NCBI RefSeq assembly: GCF_009914755.1
Contig: NC_060943.1
DNA: 64,000 nucleotides
Direction: 5' to 3' (one strand)
Origin: the human T2T-CHM13v2.0 reference genome, Homo sapiens
The translations under genes and the position numbers were made by a program. How positions within the stretch are numbered: position 1 is the first letter of the stretch; the number at the start of each line of letters is the position of its first letter. Below, piece after piece: positions 54,766-64,000 of the stretch. Under the pieces are notes generated by a model, which was not told where the DNA came from, did no database searches, and was given only the letters and a program-made list of their open reading frames with translations.

Positions 54766-56400
54766 AAGTTTTTTTATGAGAAATCTACTGATCATCTTAT
54801 TGAGCATCCCTTGAATGTGATGAGTTGGTTTCTTCTCTCTTGCTGCTTTCAGGAATCTCTCTGCCTTGGCTTTCAACAGTTTGATGTGTCTTGGAATGGA
54901 TGTCTTTGAGTTCATCTTAATTGGAGTTCATTAAGCATCTTGGATGTTTACATTCATATCTTTCATCAAATTTGGGAAGTTTTAGGCATTAATTTTAGGC
55001 ATTAATTTTTGAAATAATCTCTCTGGTCCTTTCTCTTTTCCTACTGAAATTTCTACAGAGCATATGCTGGTCTGCTTGATGGTTTTTGTACTTTGAATGA
55101 GCCTTTCTTATTTATTTGTGTGCCTTGTGATTGTTGTTGTTGTTGAAAGCTAGATATTTGACTCCAATAATATAGTAACTCTGGAAATCAGGTTCTTCCT
55201 TTTTTGGTGTTTGTGAATTTTTTTGTTTTTTGATCATTGTAGGCTCCCTGTGTCATGGATTACCTGGAGATGTAAGCTTAAAGTCTTCTCAGATCTTCTT
55301 GAAGCCTGCATCCTTTTCTGGGCATGCACCGTGACTCTCTAAATTCCCCGGTGTGTCTGGTTTTTAATAAAATCTCCTAGGTCAGTAGTCCCCAATCTTT
55401 TTGGCACCAGGGACTGGTTTTTGGAAGATAGTTTTTCCATGGGCCCGGGGAGGGGGTGGGGTGATATCAGGATGAGTCAAGTGTGTCAAATTTATTGTGT
55501 ACTTTATTTCTATTATTATTACATAGTAATATATAATGAAATAATTATTAAACTCACCATAATGTAGAATCAGTGGGCACCCTGAGCTTGTTTTCCCATA
55601 ACTAGATGGTCCCATCTGGGGGTGATGGGAAACAGTGACAGATCATCAGGCATTAGATTCTCATAAGGAGTGCATAACCTAGACCCCCCACATGCACAGT
55701 TCACAGTAGGGTTCATGCTCCTATGAGAATCTAATGCCACCGCTGATCAGACAGGAAGCAGAGCTCAGGCGGTCATGTGAACAATGGAGAGCAGCTGGAA
55801 ATACAGATGAAGCTTCACTTGCTCGCCCGCTGCTCACCTCCTGCTGTGTGGTCCAGTTCCTAACAGGCCACAGACCAGTACTATGGGTTGGGGACCCCAT
55901 CCTAGAGTTTGAATGTCTGGCCCCCAGAAGGGAAAAAAGAGAAAAACAAAGAGGAAAGAAGGGAATTGGATCTTTAAATCACCTGGAAGTAGCTTCAGCT
56001 GGAGCAAGAGGGGCTTGGAATACTGGAGCAGAAGGGTGCAGCAATGGCAGACTGCTAATCTGTCTGCACTGCCAAGATCAGAAATAGCAATGAGAAATCA
56101 GATACCCAAGTTTTGGAGGACAGGTTCCTTGCTGCCCACCCTGGCTCCCTTAAGCTGCCAGATATGCATGGCTGCTTGCCCCATGGCTGGGGGATGAGTT
56201 GCTGCCTGGAGCTGAAATTAGCAGAAATTAACCACAGTTTGCCATCCATGCCTTTCCCTGGAAGTTACAAGCTTTGAATATATTCAGGTTCCAAAATGGT
56301 CACATAAGGTAGATTCTGCCAGTACAATTGTTGTCTAGGTGGGATGACACATTCCTAGTGCTTCCTGCTCTACCATCTTTTAGAACCCTCTGTCCATATA
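54766..56400 (-). mobile_element. Old L1 (L1M) 5'/ORF1 region, split by MER1A
   Basis: The minus strand gives ORF1-like KTSIPRHIKLLKAKAERFLKAAREK. Confidence 0.7.
55383..55900 (+). mobile_element. MER1A (hAT-Charlie) DNA transposon
   Basis: TIRs CAGTAGTCCCCAA...TTGGGGACCCC, internal CAGGCATTAGATTCTCATAAGGAG, ~520 bp, with CCTAG-containing flanks. Confidence 0.85.
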
Positions 56401-56524
56401 ACTGTATTTTAGAGTTCTTTATATCATATCTAATAGATGAGATTATCAATTTTCTCTTAATTCTACCATACAACATTTACTTTTTCTGGTCAAGGAAACA
56501 AAGTGTTTTTCTTATTTCTTTTAG

Positions 56525-57588
<1,064 letters not shown>

Positions 57589-58540
57589 TAGACAATGCAC
57601 AGTATATGAATGAATTATACCACTGAGAAACAGTTGAATGAAGAAAATGTGAGAAGGCTTTTATGCATGGATCAGTTTTTACAGGACGTAAAATAATCTA
57701 TACTGGTATGAACTCTTTTGGAATATAAATATTTGAAGTTTTTAATTTATGACTCAAGTGTTCAGAGTATTTATGTTGTATTTTATAAAAGAAAGTATTT
57801 TATGGCATTCCTCTATGTTTCACTGTTCAATCTGTGGCCAGACTGTGCAGCCAAGGTTAAAAGGCAGGTAAGTGCCACCCAGGGAAGAGACTGGTACATG
57901 GTTTGAGGTTGTGGAAGACAGACTACAAGCACACCAGGCTCAAGTGGTTCAGCATTTACTTAAAGCTAGAGAGGAGAAAGAGTGCATAAGATCGTGCCGC
58001 TTGCAATGTGTCAGTCCCCCTAGCCAGCAGTTCCACTGTGCAGCTGATATGGAAGACACTAGCAACTGCACACACCCCACTTTGTGCTGCAGTGACAGGA
58101 CTTCATCCCTTCCCCGCCTCGGGTCTGAAATACATAATGCTGGGAATGTGCTTCAAGGCCACTGACAGATGTGCTTAAGCAGAACAAAAGAGTATACAAT
58201 AAGTCCAAAACAGGGAAATACAGTCCCACACAAGTCAATAATCCCAGCACAGGCTATGAGGGCTTTTGAATCTCATGGTAGGGAAGTGTTCCAGGCCCAA
58301 GGCTCAGTCTTATGTGGCCATGTGAGGGCTGAAAGACTGCATGACGGCCTTTCCCAACACTATTTATGGATTCTCAGAATATTTATACTAAAGGAATATT
58401 AAGAGAACACACAAAACCTTGTTTATTTGTTTTATGTATAAAAGCTTTCCAGCACAAATCATTATTAAACTTGAGTAAATTCATATCACAGAAAACCTCT
58501 GCTAATGTAACAGACAGACGTAGGAAAGCGTTTAGCCTTT
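57589..58540 (+). other. Degraded zinc-finger relics in the 3' region of the ZNF pseudogene, interrupted by an LTR-like element (~57834-58359)
   Basis: Relic linkers such as TATACCACTGAGAAACAGTTGAATGAAG, ATACTGGTATGAACTCTTTTGGAATAT and CAGAAAACCTCTGCTAATGTAAC...AGGAAAGCGTTTAGCC. The intervening block has TG...CA ends. Confidence 0.45.
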
Positions 58541-59191
58541 GTATGATCTTAACCATTCTAATTGTCTTTCCACTCCTTGTTTTTTCTCATTCGTATATGG
58601 CAATACTAATAATATCTACATTATAGTGGCTGTTAGAACTAAATCAGTTCATTTATGTGGAAAACATGGGAAAGTTTTTGACATAATAGTTCATGTTCGA
58701 TAAACATTAGCGACTGTTTCTAATACCATTTATGTTTTGAGATGAAACTCTTATGGGTCTAAGAATTTAGGAACATTTCATGTAACTGCTTACCCCTTTT
58801 TTAATGTGAATTTTTTCTTTCTGAACTACTCTAATAGAATGTAAAAAACCTGAGAGCATCTTCATTCTGAGGTCTTAAGGTGAATCAAACACTTAATCCT
58901 TGAATGAAATTTATATTTATACTTTTAGAAAGTGTAAAAAAATGTTAAATTAGCCAATGATTTACATTCCACTTCCACATTTCAAAATTGATTAGAAATT
59001 GGCCAAAGGATATCTATTTTGCCATTTCCCCCAAATTTATGAAAAATTAGAAACATAAAGAAAAGCTGAAAAACAGTACAGCAAATATATGTTAATATTA
59101 TGTCATATGACCTTTCTGTTTTGTATATTTTGCTGCATCATTGGACAGTTGTAAACATCATGATGTTTCAGTTTTAAATATATCAAAATGA

Positions 59192-59345
<154 letters not shown>

Positions 59346-59456
59346 TAGCTGAGATTACAGGCATGAGCCACCATGCCTGGCTAAATTTGTATTTTTAGTA
59401 GAGACGGGGTTTTGCCATGTTGGTCAGGCTCGTCTTGAACTCCCAACTTTAGGTGA

Positions 59457-59582
<126 letters not shown>

Positions 59583-59651
59583 TAATCCCAGCACTTTGGG
59601 ATGCCAAGGCAGGCAGATCACGAGGTCAGGAGATAGAGACCATCCTGGCTA

Positions 59652-59867
<216 letters not shown>

Positions 59868-61399
59868 CTAATGCCTAACCTGTATTCAAATTTTGAAAAT
59901 TTATCCAAGTTATATCTTTTTGGTCATTTTCAAACTGGTATTTGCTCTAGTTTATGCCTTTATGATAAAGCGTTACTCACTTTTAATTTAGAATAGTGGC
60001 TGGAAAACTATGGCCTACAGGCTAATTGCAACCTGCCAGTGGATTTTGTAGTTTTATTGCAACACTACCACATTCACTTGTTTACATGTTTTCTTCTTAC
60101 TACCACGTCAGAGATGTCATTGCAATGAGACCATTTGCAATGGTCACAAAACCTACTGTATATAATATCATGACCTTTCTAGAGAACATTTGCCAACTCA
60201 TTTAGAACAATATCTCTACTGTTTTTTTTTTTTCATGAGTTTGGCTTTTTGAAGACCACAGGAAAGTTGTCTAATAGAATGCTGAACATTCTGGGTTGTT
60301 TTGTGTGTGTGTGGTTTTGTTTTTTCGTTTGAGACAGGGTCTCGCTCTGTCACCCAGGATGGAGCGCCATGGTGCAATCACAGCTAACTGCAGCCTTGAC
60401 CTCCTGGACTTAAGCAATCCTCCCACCTCAGCCTCCCAAATAACTGGGACCACAGGTGTGTGCCACCATACCTGGTTAACTTTATTTTTTTGTGGAGACA
60501 GGGTCTCTCTATGTTGCCCATGCTGGTCTGGAACTACTGGGCTCAGGGGATCTTCCCACCTCAGCCTCCCAAAGTGGATTACAGGCATGAGCCATCACAC
60601 CCAACTGTGGATTTTAAAAATTGTTTCATTGTGAAGTCTTATTTTTCTTTATCTTAGTCCTCATAGTTCTAGTATATTTGAAGTTAAACCAAGAGGTTTA
60701 CTAGGTTATGATTAAGAATTTTCAGCAAGAATATGTCACAGATGATGTGCACACTAAAAAGCGTATAATGTTTGATTTTTTCCAGGACTAAGGATGCTAA
60801 GTGTCATCACTTGGTTATAGTGGTGATTGCTTGATCTCTCCAGAATAGAGCCCCATTATAAAGAGCCATTTTACAGTTATTAATCTCAGGGATATTGTGT
60901 CACATCCTTTTAGAAATCTATAATCCTTTTAGAAATCTAAAAGCAACATCCTTTTAGAAATCTTTAGAAATCTATAATTTAGAAATCTATAATTAATTAA
61001 ATCCTTAATTAAATATGGAATTAAAAATGGAAATCAGGGCCTCTTCAGAAAGTAATAATAATTAAAGGCCTGTATATTAGAACATGGGGATATTGCCAGA
61101 CCTTTTTGGGAATTTAATACCCTTCAATGCACACAGGAAACGAAGAGTAAAGGCCAGAATTTGTGTTCACCACTCTATCCCCAGAACCCATTCAATACCT
61201 GTTAATGAGCTGGCGTTGATAAACTTGATAAACCCTAAGCCAATACAAAGCAACAGTTAATACAACAGAAGAATTAGAGCCTAGTGATTAGTAAACAAAA
61301 TAGTACCGTTTCAAACAGTTTTGTTCCCACCAGTGAAAAGCAATGAATGCGTCTACAAGTACATTTTTATTGATTGAGAAGTGAACCATTATCTTGAAC

Positions 61400-61985
61400 A
61401 AAGGTGTGCCACTGGTCTCCAGGACCACTCAGGCTCAATGATTTGCTGGAAGGACTCCTGGGATCCAGAAGAGCTGCCATACTCAAACTCAAGGCGAAGG
61501 ATGCAGGCAACAATGAACAATGGGAGAAGGCACTGGACAAAGTCCAGGAGAGACGAGGCACAAGCTTCCAGTTTTCCCCTTCCATTAGAATTGCATGGCA
61601 ACAGCACTTAATTCTTCCCACCATGGTGTGTGCCAGCATGTGCAAAGTAGTGCCAAACAGGTAATCTCGTCTGAATGCTGGTGTCCATGGTGCCTGGGTG
61701 ACTGAACTTAACTCCTGAATTTACTCAGTCTCCAGCCTTCCAGAAGTCAAGCTCATATAGCATGGGCCTTGGGCACACAAAATAGCCATTCATCATAAGT
61801 CACATTTTTTGCATAAACTTTGTGGTGACAGTGATACAGCATAGGAAGCACGATAGTCCAAGTACTCAGAGATTATCTCCCAGGGGCCAGTGAAGGGCCA
61901 GTCCTCCTGAACACAGGCTTTTCATTGGAATGTATAAGGGTTGAACACCACAGGCCTGCTGAGGTAACCCTTTCCTGCACAGTCA
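61400..61985. mobile_element. MER21-like LTR
   Basis: GGCACAAGCTTCCAGTTTTCCCCTTCC...CAGCACTTAATTCT...CCCTTTCCTGCACA, similar to 52983-53530. Confidence 0.6.
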
Positions 61986-63039
61986 GGCAGTTTTGGGCAT
62001 TCTTATTTCAGAGAACCTGATTACTAAAGTACCCATGTAATAAATGATAGATAGGGAAAAATCTTAAGGATATAAAAAATATTTCAGAAATATTATTTTT
62101 GAAAAAAATCAGGTTACAAGCCACATGTAGAACATGATATTATTTGTAAAACATACACATATTTCAATATAGGATTCAGGCCATTATATATAACTAGACT
62201 GAAAAAGTCTAGAATATCATACACCCGTATATTAACAGCGTTTATCTTTTTGTTTTGATCTTGGGGTATTTTGGTTAAATATATCATAATTTTTGGTCAG
62301 TTGCCATGCCTTACTTGAAATATATGTATGTAAACTTTTGTGTGTGTGTTTTAAGCGGAAACCTACACTCTCAAAAGCAGAACGTTCACTTTTTAAAACC
62401 ATCTCGGCTGGGCGCGGTGGCTCACGCCTGTAATCCCAGCACTTTGGGAGGCCGAGGCGGGCGGATCACGAGGTCAGGAGATCGAGACCATCCTGGCTAA
62501 CACGGTGAAACCCCATCTCCACTAAAAATACAAAAAATTAGCCGGGTGAGGTGGCAGGCGCCTGTAGTCCCAGCTACTCGGGAGGCTGAGGCAGGAAAAT
62601 GGCGTGAACCCTGGGGAGCGGAGCTTGCAGTGAGCCGAGATCGCATCACTGCACTCCAGCCTGGGCAACAGAGCAAGACTCCATCTCAAAAAAAAAAAAA
62701 AAAATAAAAATAAAAAATAAAAAATAAAAAATAAAACCATCTCTACTTGATCTTACAGAAAAACAATAAATTTGGATTGTTTTTGCTGAATTACTTGTGT
62801 TTCCTTCAGTTTCCTCATAGCTGAACCTCCTCTAAGATTTCTGTCACATCACCTGAATCTGGATAGTGGTCCTTAATACATTGATTCCTAGTCAGAGTTT
62901 ATTTTACTAGAATATAAGACACCTTAGCAACTATGTCATTTTAGTCTACCACCTCAAATGCTATGATTGCAAGGTCTGTTACACTATAAGCACTTATACC
63001 TGTAGGCAAATTATACTTCTAGGAATTCGCTTAAGGAAA

Positions 63040-64000
<961 letters not shown>

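Overview
Human (or very close hominid) genomic DNA from a KRAB zinc-finger gene cluster, dominated by Alu (roughly 60 copies), L1, ERV-LTR and DNA-transposon relics. The minus strand carries the 5' half of ZNF573, recognised from memory of its N-terminus [37 protein letters not shown]..., which would place the window at chr19q13.12. Visible parts are a CpG-island promoter at ~32.9-33.5 kb, an ATG exon (27182-27272), the KRAB-A exon (25085-25217) and the KRAB-B exon (23546-23638); the zinc-finger exon lies outside the window to the left. The plus strand carries what looks like a decayed inverted paralogue. It has a second CpG island and first exon (~43.9-44.3 kb) whose downstream intron is collinearly homologous to ZNF573 intron 1, a complete IST1 retrocopy inserted in sense in that intron (45231-47605), no recognisable KRAB exons, and a ZNF607-like final exon (from 56525). 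In that exon two frameshifts cancel and a single stop precedes 9 open fingers. Other oddities are an SST1/NBL2-like macrosatellite fragment captured inside an Alu, two local templated duplications, a two-part 33/30-bp palindromic VNTR grown out of L1 sequence, an ERV env immunosuppressive-domain fossil and an inverted Alu fusion. Almost all ORF-track ORFs are Alu, L1 or VNTR artefacts. No clearly novel biological system can be established from sequence alone; repeat family names come from recognition, not from a search.
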